Of a DNA stretch of 60,000 nt, positions 1 to 13,905 are shown piece after piece; position 1 is the stretch's first letter, and each line of letters begins with the position of its first letter. The notes beneath the pieces are model-generated. The model did no database searches. It was not told the DNA's origin and saw only the letters and a list, made by a program, of their open reading frames with translations. The DNA is from Callorhinchus milii (lineage: Eukaryota), in NCBI RefSeq assembly GCF_018977255.1, contig NW_024704743.1, positions 6,016,001-6,076,000 on the forward strand, read 5' to 3'. A program made the translations under genes and the position numbers.

Positions 1-99
1 GTACAACCCATTTATGTCACGGGAACCAGAAGTGTATGCAGTGCTCTTGTTGCAGCCTATATTGCTTGATAATGCCTGAGGATTTGAACTCAACTGAAA

Positions 100-311
100 A
101 GAGTAGTGAGATTGTGGAACTCGCTGCCTGAACGATGGTTGAATCAGATAGTGTAGATGCATTCAAGAGGAACTAGATCTTCACATAAGGGAGAGGGGAA
201 TACAAGAGTTGGGAAAGAGTAAAGAATAAGTGGAGACACGTGTGGAGTATAAACACCGGCACAGAACTGGTTGGGCCAAGTGGCCTGTTTCCGTGCCGTA
301 CATTCTTTGTA
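100..311 (+). mobile_element. CR1-type LINE 3' end
   Basis: WNSLP-type ORF2 C-terminus followed by the CR1 terminus ttgggccaagtggcctgtttccgtgccgtacattct. Confidence 0.75.
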
Positions 312-1199
312 GCGGCAGGGCAGGACTGAGGTCTCAGGGATCATGACCAACAGGTAGCAGTAGGTAGGACTGAGGTCTCGGTGATCAAGTGGTAACCTTT
401 ACTGGGTTCAGGCAGAGTCACCATTTCACAATCTCCCACCTAAACCAACAGTCGAAACTCCCCAGTGTGACGTCACATCCACCCACCAGGTTTGAATGCC
501 TGGAACCAGACGTAGTATAGTCTAATGCTATCTACTTCCCCTCCTCTGGCTTTTCCCTGCAGGCTGCTTGGTGCATCCTAACAATATATTCAAGTACTGT
601 TCTGGGTTTGTGTGCCCTGCCCCCTCTCTACCTCTGCACAGTCTCTAGCCCCTGCAGCCTCCATGCCTGTGGGTTGACCGTGCCCAACTAACCGCCTGCC
701 TCAAGTCTCGGTGTGTACATCTATTGCTGTCTCCCCTGACCCGCTTTTCCCAAAATAAATAATAATATGGTAATGTCAATCATTTTCTGCAGTTACGCTT
801 AAAGTCAAAATGACCAATTCATTAGGTAGCACCCTAAATTACAGCATTGGAATGTTTCCTCCAGCAAGGAATAAACACCACGCCTGGTAAACTGAATGAA
901 TGGCCAACAAGAATGGCCTAGCATGCAAGAAAAACATTTTTGCCAGCGTTAAATTACAAAAGTTTTCAAAGCCCCTTCAGAAACTTAGAAGGTATCAAAT
1001 CTAAAAACGAAAGTAGAACAAGTCTTTAAACCAGGTTATTCTATCAACAACAGATTTCATTTTTTAGCACCTTTCACATTGGGAGGATGTCCCAAAGTGT
1101 TGGACAGTCAAGGGTTTGCACCCAAGCTGGAGTTGTAATCAAGAGGGGTGGAAGGCATAGGGGTAGGGGGATGACCGAAGGCACAGTCAGAGAGATTTC

Positions 1200-1720
1200 A
1201 AAAACATTTTCATGCACAAGTTTGTTCTGGAAGTACTGCAGCTCTTTCTTTGCAAAGAAGTTACTGCTACTGCAATGTAAATGCATCCAGAATCTGGTGA
1301 CAATCTCAAATCGCAATTCAATCTCCATTGGCGGTTCAGAATATTTGTAAGCTAGGATTTCCCACTAAGGCTTGGGCTCAGGGCACATCTAGACATTCAA
1401 ATCCAATGTTTTGAATTGCTGCAGCCATCCCTTGGCAGTCCACCTCAGTCAGAAACAGTAAAGCATGGTACACAGTTGATCTCAGCATCGCCACTGCTTG
1501 GTGTGTCCTGGGAAGAACACATCAGTGAAAACAGTGAAGCTATTTGCAAAGGTCCCAGAGTGAAATAGCCTAACACTCCATCCATGCAGTCTCGCAAGCA
1601 AAACTGCCATGGAGGTCTGCCAACAATCATGCAACTGAATCTCTTTATGAGTCAGTTAAGAGAAGAAAATTGGAGATCCAATTGTGCAGCCTCAAAATAC
1701 ATCAACAAGTCAGGACCTCT
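1200..1720 (+). mobile_element. Highly decayed DIRS-type retrotransposon RNase H relic
   Basis: SASPLLGVSWEEH (cf. TDASLLGWGAH) and LNLFMSQLREENWRSNCAASKYINKSG (cf. FLPQLRGKHV..SDNTTAVAYINKQGG). Confidence 0.45.
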
Positions 1721-2214
1721 TAATACCACACACAAGACCAAGCATGATTTTAAAAACCATTTGTACATCTATTAACCCAATAGAAATTTACATTTATATG
1801 GCGCCTTTCATGTTGGGACGACAGTGCAGGGTTTGCACCCGAGCTGGGGTGGGGACTGGGTGAGAAGGATGGCTGAAAATGTGGTTAAAGAGGAATACCT
1901 TGAAGGAGGCATGGGAAAGGACAAGCCAGAATGGACTTCCAGAGAGGAGCAGATACACAGAAAGCCCAACTGCCAATGGTGAGGCAGGTGGAGCAGGGTA
2001 CCATTAGGCAGGCTGGTTGATAGGATTGAGGAGGTCACAGGATAGGGTGGGGTGCAAGAACATGCAAGGATTTAAAGGTCAAAACAGGGTTCAAATATGT
2101 CGTTCAACTCAAGGCTTTCATCAACTTCTATATGGATAATACAATTTTTTTTAAGTTTTATCCCTTCAATTTTTCTGTTCTCAAAAAATATGACTCATAC
2201 TCCACTCCACCCTA

Positions 2215-2912
2215 CTATGCCAGTCAGGAACCTTGACATCTTGTTTGACCTTCAACTATCCTTTCTACTCCACATCTGTGCTATGACCCGCTCTGCCTTC
2301 CCCACCTCCATAACATCGCCCGGCTCCGCCACAGTCTCACACCGCGGACTGCTGAAACCCTTGTTCATTACATCGAGGCTTGACTATGCAAACGCATTGC
2401 TTGTCGGCCTCCCCAACTCCTCCCTTCATAGGCTGCGGATCATCCACAACTCTGCAGCCCGTGTTCTCTCCTGCACCGTGACCCTACCACCCCCATCCTC
2501 ACCCAATTCCATTAGTTTCTCATCGCACAGAGGATATAGTTCAATAGTTCCTGGTCCTCACTTTCAAAGCCCTACATGGTCTTGCTTCCTTCTTCCTCTG
2601 CAACCTCCTAACCCCCTACCATCCTGCCCGCTCCCTCCACTCAGCGGGCTCAGGCCTGCTTCATGTCCCCCATCATTGGCAGGTGAGCCTTCTGCCACTC
2701 TGACCCCACCCTCTGGAACTCCATCCCACAGTTACTCCGCCTCGCTGCCTCCCTTGCCTCCTTCAAGACACCTCTTTGAGAGTGCTTTCGTTCACCCTGC
2801 TTCTCCCCCTACCCTCCCCAATCCCAGTTCAGGTCTGAAACTCTGACTATCCAGCATCTTGGGACGTCCTCCCAATGTGAAAGGCGCTATACAAATGTAA
2901 TTTTGTTGTTGT
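2215..2912 (+). mobile_element. L2 LINE 3' fragment
   Basis: FITSRLDYANALLVGLP..LRIIHNSAARVL motif; tail ttgggacgtcctccc..tgaaaggcgctata..(ttg)n. Confidence 0.9.
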
Positions 2913-3304
2913 ACTGAGTGACACACAGTTCCACAGCACCAGCTGCCCTCTGGTATCTCACCTAAGTGACTATTCTTCACTTATGAGACGAGATGGTGAA
3001 TGTCACTGGCTTTGTGATAACTCTGGTGGGCATTAGTCAGCTCCAATCCCATCTTTGCCACACACGTGCATTACACCAGAAGCAAGTCACTGCATAGAAA
3101 CTGGGATTATTATTGTATCCCAATTTTTCTCTGAGGTTCTGAAGGTCAATGGAAGACTAACCACCAGATAATACAGCAGAATAGGTTTTAGATCTGGAAC
3201 TGTTCTGTGTGGTACAGTATTACCCATTGGGGTAGCTTTAATTTTTAAACTTATTAATTATTCACCTGATCCTGTTACTGTTCTGGTACACTAACAGACA
3301 ACAA

Positions 3305-3700
3305 TTATGCTTGCATTTGAATGTACCATCTTTCACATTGGATAGCAGTCTCAAAGTGCTTCATAAGATTTATCATAAAGTGCAATGACTGTGCATTTGT
3401 ATGCAAACAGCCATGAAGTGAACGACCAATGTTATCTGGAAATTTGTGGCAGGAAACCAGTAAACTAATGAAAAGTACCATGGGATCTTTAACAATAATA
3501 CAAAGTTACATAGCGCATTTTGTATTGAGAGCATGTCCAAAGTCCACCCGAATATGTAGAGAGGGCCTTTGATTTAAAATCTCACCCAAAGGATGCTACT
3601 CACAAGGCATCGCTCCCCCAGTAATGTCACAATGTCATAGATGGTCAGTCTAAACCAAATTCAAAGTCCCAATATGGGCATTGAACCCACAACCTTCAAA
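3305..3700 (-). mobile_element. Decayed DeuSINE (SacSINE1-like)
   Basis: Reverse-strand Deu core (ccatgggatcttt; tttaaaatctcacccaaagg) with an L2-type tail and a tRNA B-box remnant. Confidence 0.6.
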
Positions 3701-3977
3701 ATCAGCCCGTTGTCAATTTTACTAACAGGAAGAATTTAGAAAAGAGTAATTAATGGAAGAGTAACTTCCATCCCTTGCCTGTGTGTGTGGGGGGGAGGGG
3801 GGGAAAGAGAGCCAAGCAGAGTCTCCTTGTTGCTGAACTGCTTCCAAGCTGACATCCTAAGCAATGAGTCAATTCTCCAACACTCTGTATTACTCATCTG
3901 GTTCCTGATGATCCGCAACACTCAGAAAGTCTGGCTCATCAGCAAGACATGGGAGGGGCAGGTCAGCCACTGGAAAC

Positions 3978-4330
3978 AGGGATTCTTCTGATTCAGCTCC
4001 TGTTAAATCTACAAGCCAAAGCCCTAACAGGTAGGGTGGCTCCAGTTGGACATCAAGAAACTTGCCAGGCAGCGCTCTCAAAGGCAAGCTATGCAGTTTT
4101 AGTACAACAAACATTCTGGGGTCTCCAGACCTTGACTATTGCCAACCAGCTCCTAATGCTCTTCAGAATTAGTTAAGCAGGCTCTCCCTCCAGGGAGAGT
4201 GCGCATTCCAAACACAGGGAAATTTCCATACGTACGTGGCATAAATATATGGAACTCAGTCTGGTTTCAATAATGTAAAACATGGTGATGAGTTTCCACA
4301 TGTGTCAGACACCTGGATGACCAAAGAAAT
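3978..4330 (+). mobile_element. 3' UTR copy of an old unclassified LINE (family X); other copies about 27795-28080(+), 33815-34430(-), 34715-35000(+), 42215-42590(+), 56320-56750(+)
   Basis: Shared blocks gcaagct.tg..gttttag, cattctggggtc, cttg.ct.ttgccaac, ccagggagag.gtg.gcattcc, and terminus catgtgtcagacacc..gacc(a)n. Confidence 0.7.
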
Positions 4331-5035
4331 TCTCAGTATTTGGATTTGTAACATCTCAAATATATAATACCGGCATTTAATATAGCACCTGATCATGACA
4401 TCGACACATCTTGAAATGCTTCACAGAATTTTACTATGAAGTAGTGACTGGATTTGCAGATGAATGTGGCAGCCAATTTGTACACAGCAATGTCCCACAA
4501 ATAGCCATGGAGTGAGCGACCGATTTTAGTTGGGAGATTGTCAACCAGATCTTGGTCAGGCACATCTTACGCAAGCAAGAAGCTATGGTTCAGTATTCCT
4601 AGTATTAAAACACTGCAACCTTCAGCAAAACCTTTTCTGAAACTATTCTGATAAATTTATTCCTAAGATTATATTGAGGTGATTAGAAATTGCACAATGC
4701 TTACCGTTAACAATTTCTCATTCTACAAAGTTTTAAGCTAGCCGAAGCACAACACAAAAGACCAGAATCAACCCTCATTCAAAAGGCAGTGCTCTAGGCT
4801 ACATGCATACCTTTTAATTTTAAGCCAAACAGAAAGGACCAATTCATCTTTCAATCTAATTTGTTAAAACATAGAAGTGTCACACCTAATCCACAATAAA
4901 TTGACATCCTCCTTGCAAGTCTGTATACATAAACCTGCTTCAAGAAACTGCTGTGTATGGCAGAGAAAGACACTTCAAAGTGGCAGATTTTACCTCTGCA
5001 TACTCCTCATTGGTGGGGCCTCAACACAATGCATT

Positions 5036-5507
5036 AACAACAAAATTACATTTATAGAGTGCCTTTCATGTCGGGAGGACGTCCTAAAGCGCTGAACAGT
5101 CAGGTGAGAAGGGTCTTGAGACCGGCCTTGAAGAATGTGAGGGAGGAAGCGAGGCAAAGGGACCGTGGAATGGAGTTCCAAAGTGTGGGAGCAGAGAGGC
5201 TGAAAGCCCGGACACAGGTGGTAGGGTGGATCGAGCGGGAAACATGGAGTAGGCCGGAGCCTGATGAACGGAGGGAGCGGGCAGGTTGGTAGGGAGTCAG
5301 CGGGTCAGAGAGGTGGGAAGGGGCAAGGCCATGGATGGCCTTAAAGGTGAGGATGTTGAACTCGATGCTCTGGGGGATGAGGAGCCAGTGGAGTCGGGCG
5401 AGGGTGGGAGTGATGGGGTCGCAGAGCATGATGCGTGAGAGTACACGAGCTGCAGAGTTTTGGATGATCTGCAGCTTGTGAAGGGAAGCTTTCGGAAGGC
5501 CGATGAT
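5036..5507 (-). mobile_element. L2 LINE 3' fragment
   Basis: ORF 5100-5429 (DPITPTLARLHWL..FKAIHGLAP..LRSS..FSLSAPTLWNSIP..FKAGLKT) plus (ttg)n tail. Confidence 0.92.
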
Positions 5508-5850
5508 AGCATCGATTAATAGCAGTTAAACAATCGTTTTTTCTAAAATATACTGTTTATTCATATTCTTTATGTATTGTTCAGATGCAAGAATAATCAT
5601 GTCCACATAAAGGATTCAGCATGGTCAAACTACAGTAGATCAATACAAACGACAGGTATACTGGGTAAACATTCACTTGGTTACAAAGAATTACACAAGA
5701 ATTCAAATGCAACGTTTCAATACTTTAATTTCGATCAACACCAGTTGTGATATTATACAAATAAAGATGGTTAAATTTCAGTTCCTTGAGCACTATAATA
5801 AAAGTTCTGGATCAGAAGAAAAAAATCCCTAAAAAAAGTTATTAAAACAC

Positions 5851-6723
5851 AATAGTAATCCTTGCATTTAGTATGGCACCTTTCACATCAGGACAACGTC
5901 CCAAAGTGCTTCCCAGGATATATTGTAAAGTGAAGTGATTGAAGTGGACAAACTCATCAGTCAGTTCGCACATAGCAATGTCCCACAAACAGCAATAGAG
6001 TGAACGACCAATTTTATTTTGGAGATCGTTGGCCAGGATACCAGAAGAAACTCCTCTCTTTTCAAGTAGTGCCCTGGGATCTCCAACCCACATGAACAGA
6101 CAGAATGGAGCCACGATTTAATGTTCTAACCAGGCTCCCTATCTCCGAGCAGATAAAATTCAAGATCTTCACACTCTTCTTCAAATCCCTTTATACCCTG
6201 GCACTCCCCAAACCACTGCCTCTGCTCAACTAGCTGGGTATAAAGGGATTTGAAGAAGAGTGTGAAGATCTTGAAGTTGATCCGCTCGGTGATAGGTTAG
6301 AACATTAAATCCTTTTTCTACCTGTCCTTCATGCCCTCTGTTCCACCATTGGTGGACACACTTTCAGCTACTAGGCCCCGAAAAAACTCTTCCTCTCCCC
6401 CTCCTTCCCGGTCTTCAGGTCTCGCCTGAAGACCTTCCTGTTCGACCACACCTATTATCATCCTCCCCACCACTCTGGCTCAGTGTCATGGTCCCCGATA
6501 CTGTCACATGCTCTAGGACACTACCCTGCATAAGGGGTATTATATAAATGCAAGTTGTTGTTATCTCATCTGAAAGACAGTACCTCCAACAATGCAGCGC
6601 ACCCCCAGCATTGAAATGGAGCGCCCACTTAAACTGAGTTCCAAGTCCTGACACGGGCTTGAACCAACAACCTTCTGATTACAGAAGTGAGAGGGAGTGC
6701 TACCAACCGAGCCAGGCTGACAC
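5851..6723 (-). mobile_element. DeuSINE interrupted by an L2 fragment (+, about 6125-6563) containing the fold-back duplication
   Basis: Deu core gatttaatgt|ctcatctgaaagac split by the insert; tRNA head ending ccaggctgacac at 6723. Confidence 0.75.
6115..6311. repeat. Long inverted repeat (arms 6115-6198 and 6236-6311, 37-nt spacer)
   Basis: 6159-6198 is the exact reverse complement of 6236-6275; the outer gatttaatgttctaacc pairs with ggttagaacattaaatc. Confidence 0.92.
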
Positions 6724-7458
6724 ATGCTTAAGAGATGCAATGCTTAGAAAGTTCCAAATACTGTACTTAGAAATGTCACAAGAAAGGTGTTTGCCAACTT
6801 TTTTGGGGTAAATTGCGCAACATCAGACTACTATAGAAATGGGGCTGATTTCTGCAAAGGGTCTTCCTAGCCCGAATTAAAACTGTCAACTTCGGTCAGA
6901 TGAAAAGACAAACGTTACAAGGGCTTTTTCCCAATGTATTCGATGTGTCGGACCTGCTCCCCGGGTGGAGTCAGCAAATCTCACCCGGTTACTGGCGAGT
7001 TCCGAGTGGTGCTAAATCACGAGCAACTGCCAAAACAGGGAGCTCAGCTCCAACACCCACATTCCTCCAGATTTCACTTTGGAAAATAGGGAAGACAGGA
7101 AAAACTGTTTACGGAGAGGGCGGGATCGGGAAAACCCGAGCCTGAACAAGATATAACAACCATTACGTTTTACAGGAAGCTAGATCTGGAGACGATCGCT
7201 TTTTATTTCCCCTCCACCCCACCTCTCTGACTTTTGCCCAAGCCCAATAAAGAGTACAGTTTTTCCTCTATCAGTAAAGTATCTCACCCTGAAAGCTTCT
7301 ACGATTCGGTTTCTAATCCACACCTAAGGCAGGCAAACACCTGAAATTCACCCGAAGATTTTTTTGGAAAAAAACCCTATATTTATTCATTTTTTTAAAA
7401 AGCAAAAAATAAACGTGTTCTTACAACTAACAAACAAACAAATGCATCAGGATTAACC

Positions 7459-7572
7459 ACACACACATATATATATATAACAGACACACACATATATATA
7501 TATATATAACAGACACACATATATATATATATATATATAACAGACACACATATATATATATATATACACATA
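7459..7572. repeat. Compound (CA)n(TA)n microsatellite with a higher-order unit
   Basis: Unit of about 30 bp, acagacacaca(ca)tatatatata, seen three times after one partial unit. Confidence 0.9.
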
Positions 7573-7697
7573 AATAGTGCTTAAAAGTGGAAGGACTTAC
7601 AAGAGGATAACAAGTGAAAACGGTTTAATAACAGACCTCCAGATATTTTGAAATGAAGAGGGGGGAATTTTTCAGATGTGGGATATTTCTCTCGCTT

Positions 7698-9763
7698 CAC
7701 ACTCACAGACTCACACACACACACACACACTCACTCACACACACACACACACACACTCACTCACAGACTCACACACACACACACACACTCACTCACAGAC
7801 ACACACACAGACACTCACTCACAGACTCACACACAGACACTCACTCACAGACACACACACAGACACTCACTCACAGACACACACACAGACACTCACTCAC
7901 AGACACTCACACAGACACTCACTGACAGACACTCAGTCACAGACACTCAGTCACAGACACTCACACAGACACTCAGTCACAGACACTCAGTCACAGACAC
8001 TCAGTCACAGACACTCAGTCACAGACTCACACACACACTCACACACAGACTCACACACAGACTCTCACACAGACCACCACACAGACTCACTCACAGACTC
8101 ACACACACACACTCACTCACAGACTCACACACACACACTCACTCACAGACTCACACACACACACTCACTCACAGACTCACACACACACACTCACTCACAG
8201 ACTCACACACACACACTCACTCACAGACTCACACACTCACTCACAGACTCACACACTCACTCACAGACTCACACACTCACTCACACACTCACACACTCAC
8301 TCACACACTCACACACTCACTCACACACTCACACACTCACTCACTCACTCACACACTCAGTCACAAAGACTCACACACTCACTCACAAACTCACACACTC
8401 ACTCACACACTCACACACCACTCACTCACAAACTCACACACACACACTGACTCACACACTCACACACACACACTCACTCACAGACTCACACACACACACT
8501 CACTCACAGACTCACACACACACACTCACTCACAGACTCACACACACACACTCACTCACAGACTCACACACACACACTCACTCACAGACTCACACACACA
8601 CACTCACTCACAGACTCACACACACACACTCACTCACAGACTCACACACACACACTCACTCACAGACTCACACACACACACTCACTCACAGACTCACACA
8701 CACACACTCACTCACAGACTCACACACACACACTCACTCACAGACTCTCACACACACACTCACTCACAGACTCTCACACACACACTCACTCACAGACTCA
8801 CACACACACTCACTCACAGACTCACACACACACTCACTCACAGACTCACACACACTCACTCACAGACTCACACACACTCACTCACAGACTCACACACACA
8901 CTCACTCACAGACTCACACACACACTCACTCACAGACTCACACACACACTCACTCACAGACTCACACACACACTCACTCACAGACTCACACACAGACTCA
9001 CTCACAGACTCACTCACAGACTCACTCACAGACTCACACACACACTCACTCACAGACTCACTCACAGACTCACTCACAGACTCACACACACTCACTCACA
9101 GACTCACACACACTCACTCACAGACTCACACACACTCACTCACAGACTCACACACACTCACTCACAGACTCACACACACTCACTCACAGACTCACACACA
9201 CTCACACACAGACTCACACACACTCACTCACAGACTCACACACACTCACACACAGACTCACACACACTCACTCACAGACTCACACACACTCACACACAGA
9301 CTCACACACACTCACACACAGACTCACACACACTCACACACAGACTCACACACAGACTCACAGACTCACACACACTCACAGACTCACACACACTCACAGA
9401 CTCACACACACTCACAGACTCACACACACTCACAGACTCACACACACTCACAGACTCACACACACTCACAGACTCTCACAGACTCACAGACTCTCACAGA
9501 CTCACAGACTCTCACAGACACTCACTCACACACTCACAGACACTCACTCACACTCACTCACACTCACAGACACTCACTCACACTCACAGACACTCACTCA
9601 CACTCACAGACACTCACTCACACTCACAGACACTCACTCACACTCACAGACACTCACTCACACTCACAGACACTCACTCACACTCACAGACACTCACTCA
9701 CACTCACAGACACTCACTCACACTCACAGACACACGGACTCATTCACAGACTCACTCACACAG
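7698..9763. repeat. About 2.07-kb CA-rich variant minisatellite (ACTCACAG / ACTCAC / (CA)n)
   Basis: Directly visible; unit length drifts from about 26 to 16 bp along the array; source of the 811- and 699-aa H/T/S/L ORFs. Confidence 0.97.
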
Positions 9764-10595
9764 TTGAAAAAGAGTAAGAAAAGCAGCGAGAGAAAACTGT
9801 TGGAAACCGCGGCAGAGCCCCCGACGGGAAAAGAAACGCACAGAACACACACCCTTTCCGGCCAATATACCCCCACCCTCTCCCCCTCTCCCCCACCCCA
9901 CCAAAAAAAACATTTACCAACAACATGTACAGAAAAAGCCCCTCCGGCCAGACCAGCCCCCACTGCCCCCCCCCCACCGCCCCTCATACCCCAACCCCTC
10001 GAAGGAGTGAGAAAACAGCGACCGTGGGACTGGGAATCCCTACTTTGCTTTTTATACACACACACAAACACACACACACATATATATATATATATCTCAA
10101 AATTAAAATGACATTTTTATACATTAAAAAAAAACCCGCGCGCGCGCGCGCACCGGGAGAGAGGGGACAGGACAGCGCCGTGTGTAGAGGCTTTTTCCCC
10201 CCACAGTTCCCCCAACCCACCACCTCAGGTAAAAAAATATTATTTTTTTTAAAATAAAAAAACTAAAATCAATTAAGATAAGTCAGGCGAGGGGGGGGGG
10301 GCGGGCCGGGCAGGGCAGGGCCGGGCAAAGGTGAGCGAAGGCAGGGCAGGGAGCTGAGGGACTGTGAGTCAGGGGGTCCCGCCTGTCTGTCCGCCCGCCT
10401 CATCGCTCAGTTTTCTTTTTTTCTCTCTTTCTTTCTCTCTCTCTCCTCAGTCCTCATCCCGCAGAGCAGAGAGAGAGAGAGAGAGAGAGAGCGGGAGTCA
10501 GACACACCACCCGGGGCCGGGCAGGAGGGCCGGGACTGGGCTGCGCCGCTCAAACAAAAACCGCCGTCGCCGTCTCTCTCTCTCTCTCTCTCTCA

Positions 10596-11213
<618 letters not shown>

Positions 11214-11529
11214 CCTTCCTCTTTGGCCGCACCTTTGATCAAAGGCCACCCATGCCCTCCCTCTCCCCTCTCCCCTCCCACCTCCCGTATACCCAGCTCA
11301 GGTGCCAAGCCTGGAACTGTCCAGTGTCTTGGGATACCCGTCCCCTTACGGCGTGAAAGGCGCTGCTGCATCAATGTAAATCTGTTGCCATTGGCTCAAT
11401 CGCTCTTGGGTCACTAGATCCATTTGGATGAAGAAGGTATCGTCGGCCCATTCCATCTCATCCTTCCAGAAGAATCCATGCCTGGTGTCTGTCATGAAAT
11501 GACTTCACAATCCTTTGCAATTGACCTTT

Positions 11530-12489
11530 ACAACAACAACAACAAAATTACATTTATGGAGCGCCTTTCACGTCGGGAGGACGTCCCAAAGCGCTGAACA
11601 GTCAGCTGTCGGGGCCCGAGCATGGGGGAGGGGTGGTGTTGGGGTGAGGGAAGGCAGAAAGGTAGGAGGGAGACCAAAGGCACGGTCGAAGAGAAGGGTC
11701 TTGAGACCGGCCTTGAAGGAGGCAAGGGAGGAAGCGAGGCGAAGGGACCGTGGGATGGAGTTCCAGAGTGTGGGGGCAGAGAGGCTGAAAGCCCGGCCAT
11801 CGATGGTAGGGGGTGTTGGGTGGGAGACATGGAGCAGGCCTGAGCCCAATGAGCGGGCAGGTTGGTAGGGAGTCGACAGGTCAGAGAGGTAGGAGGGGAC
11901 AAGGCCATGAATGGCCTTAAAGGTGAGGACGAGGATCTTGAACTCGATCCTCTGGCGGATGGGGAGCCAGTGGAGTCAGGCGAGGGTGGGAGTGATGGGG
12001 TCACGGAGCCTGGTGTGTGAGAGTACACGAGCTGCAGAGTTTTGGATGATCTGCAGTTTGTGAAGGGAAGAGGTGGGAAGGCCAATGAGGAGGGAGTTCC
12101 CGTAATCGAGCCTTGATGTGACGAATGCGTGGGTGAGGGTTTCGGCAGCCCGAGGGGTGAGGCAGTGGCGGAGTCTGGCAATGTTGTGGAGGTGGTGGTA
12201 GGCAGTGCTGGTCATGGCGTTGGATGTGGGGGAGAAAGGACAGTTCAGGGTCAAACAAGATAACCAGGTTCCTGACTGGCTTAGTGAGGTTGAGTGTGCA
12301 GCCGTGGAACCTGATGCTGCCAACGCCTGAGGTGCGGGGGCGCTGCTGCGAGCCAATCAGGAGTGCCTCAGTCTTGATGATGTTGAGTTGAAGAAAGTTG
12401 TCCCTCGTCCAGGACTTGATGTCAAGACAGGCAGTCAGTCAGGACGCAAGTAGTCCTGGAGCTCAGGGTGGAGGCAGAGAGGTAGAGTT
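11530..12489 (-). mobile_element. L2 LINE, about 960 bp, 5'-truncated, relatively young
   Basis: AETLTHAFVTSRLDYGNSLLIGLP..LQIIQNSAARVL; full 3' tail with stem-loop and (ttg)n. Confidence 0.95.
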
Positions 12490-13604
12490 CCAACCAAGGA
12501 ACTCATTCTTTGCAAACCAGGCAATGGAAACAGTGGCAATAATAAGATAAGTATATATGATCTGTCCAGGCAATGACATGACCATTTGTCATTTCATGTG
12601 TTCTTATAGATATAGAAAGTTAACAGAAAATAAACGTCAATTGGCACTAACCACAATATACAGGAGTGCTGCAGGTGTGAGTGAGTTATAATACCCATGA
12701 TGTGAAAGGTTTATTTTGTGTAAACTGCCAGTCCTGATGTACACTCTATTTACACTGTATACAGAATGTGGTGCTTTATTTTTCTACACATATACATATT
12801 TATACAGTGCCACTTTTTTCTCTTATAGTTCCATAACTAACTTAGGAATCAGAGTGTAATACCGTACATGTCACAATAATTGGCAGACTTGACAAAGGAC
12901 ACGCTCAACAAGTCTTTGTTGGAATCAATTGCTCCTTTGGTGAGAATGGTTCTCATTCAGCTTTCTTTTAGAAAATATTCTGTCATTCAAAGTCACATAT
13001 TCTTGTATCTTCTTTCTTTCCCTTAGATAAGATTTAGATAAGTGGCTGTTTAATAGACTATCTATCCAAACCAAACTCGAATGCAGAAAACTGTATTGTG
13101 AAAGAAATACGAATGGTTGCAAGATCCCATTTAAACTGTCAAATCTCTCAATTGCTAGGTTAGAAATCCTATTAATAAAAGTGTACTGCCATCAAGGTCA
13201 GTAGTTTTACTGTCTACTGGAAATATATGCCCTAGTTTCATGAGATGGGTGCGGTTCCTTTCAAGATAAATAGTGATGACATCTTCTTCTTTTCACACCA
13301 AAGCAGAGCAACTCCATCAAACAAATTTTCCTGATGAATTCATGTTGCACATTTCATCTATTCAGCATAAAAAAATTCAGTTGGCACAAATCTGTTTCAG
13401 GAATTTCTTGCTTCTTCAGACCAGTAAAACAGGTTAAACATTGGTCAGGAACAGACATTTTCTCACACATTCCTCACTTTTAAAAATAGACTTTTCTTCC
13501 CTGTTATATGTTCAACCCTTGCAAAGACTCCTAATTGTAATAGATGTCTATTTTCAATTCTAGTATGCATATTTTATAATGTATATGTTATTTCTGTAGT
13601 TATT

Positions 13605-13905
13605 AGAAACAAAGGAACAGGAGTAGGCCATTTAGCCACTTGAGCCTGTTCCAACATTCTATAAAATCATGGCTGATCTCTACCTTAACTCCAATTACCT
13701 GCCCTTGCCCCGTATCCCTTGATTCCCTGTCCTAACAAATATCTATCCACCTCAGTCTTGAAAATGTGAATGGATCCAGCATCCGCAGCCTTTTGGGGGA
13801 GAGAGTTCCAGATTTCCACTACCCTTTGGGTGGAAATACTGCCTCCTAATTTCACTCCTAAATGGCCTAGCTCTAATTTTAAGATTATGCCCCCTTGTTC
13901 TGGAA
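13605..13905 (-). mobile_element. CR1 LINE 3' end (shark HER1-like)
   Basis: TQRVVEIWNSLPQKAADAGSIHIFKTEVDRYL..GIKGYG, then the gatcagccatgat..tggcctactcctgttcct tail. Confidence 0.88.

Noticed and set aside
7676..10111. 811-aa and 699-aa His/Thr/Ser/Leu ORFs
   Set aside because: They are stop-free only because the CA-rich minisatellite cannot form stops in these frames; they are antisense within ABI1 intron 1 and have no domain.
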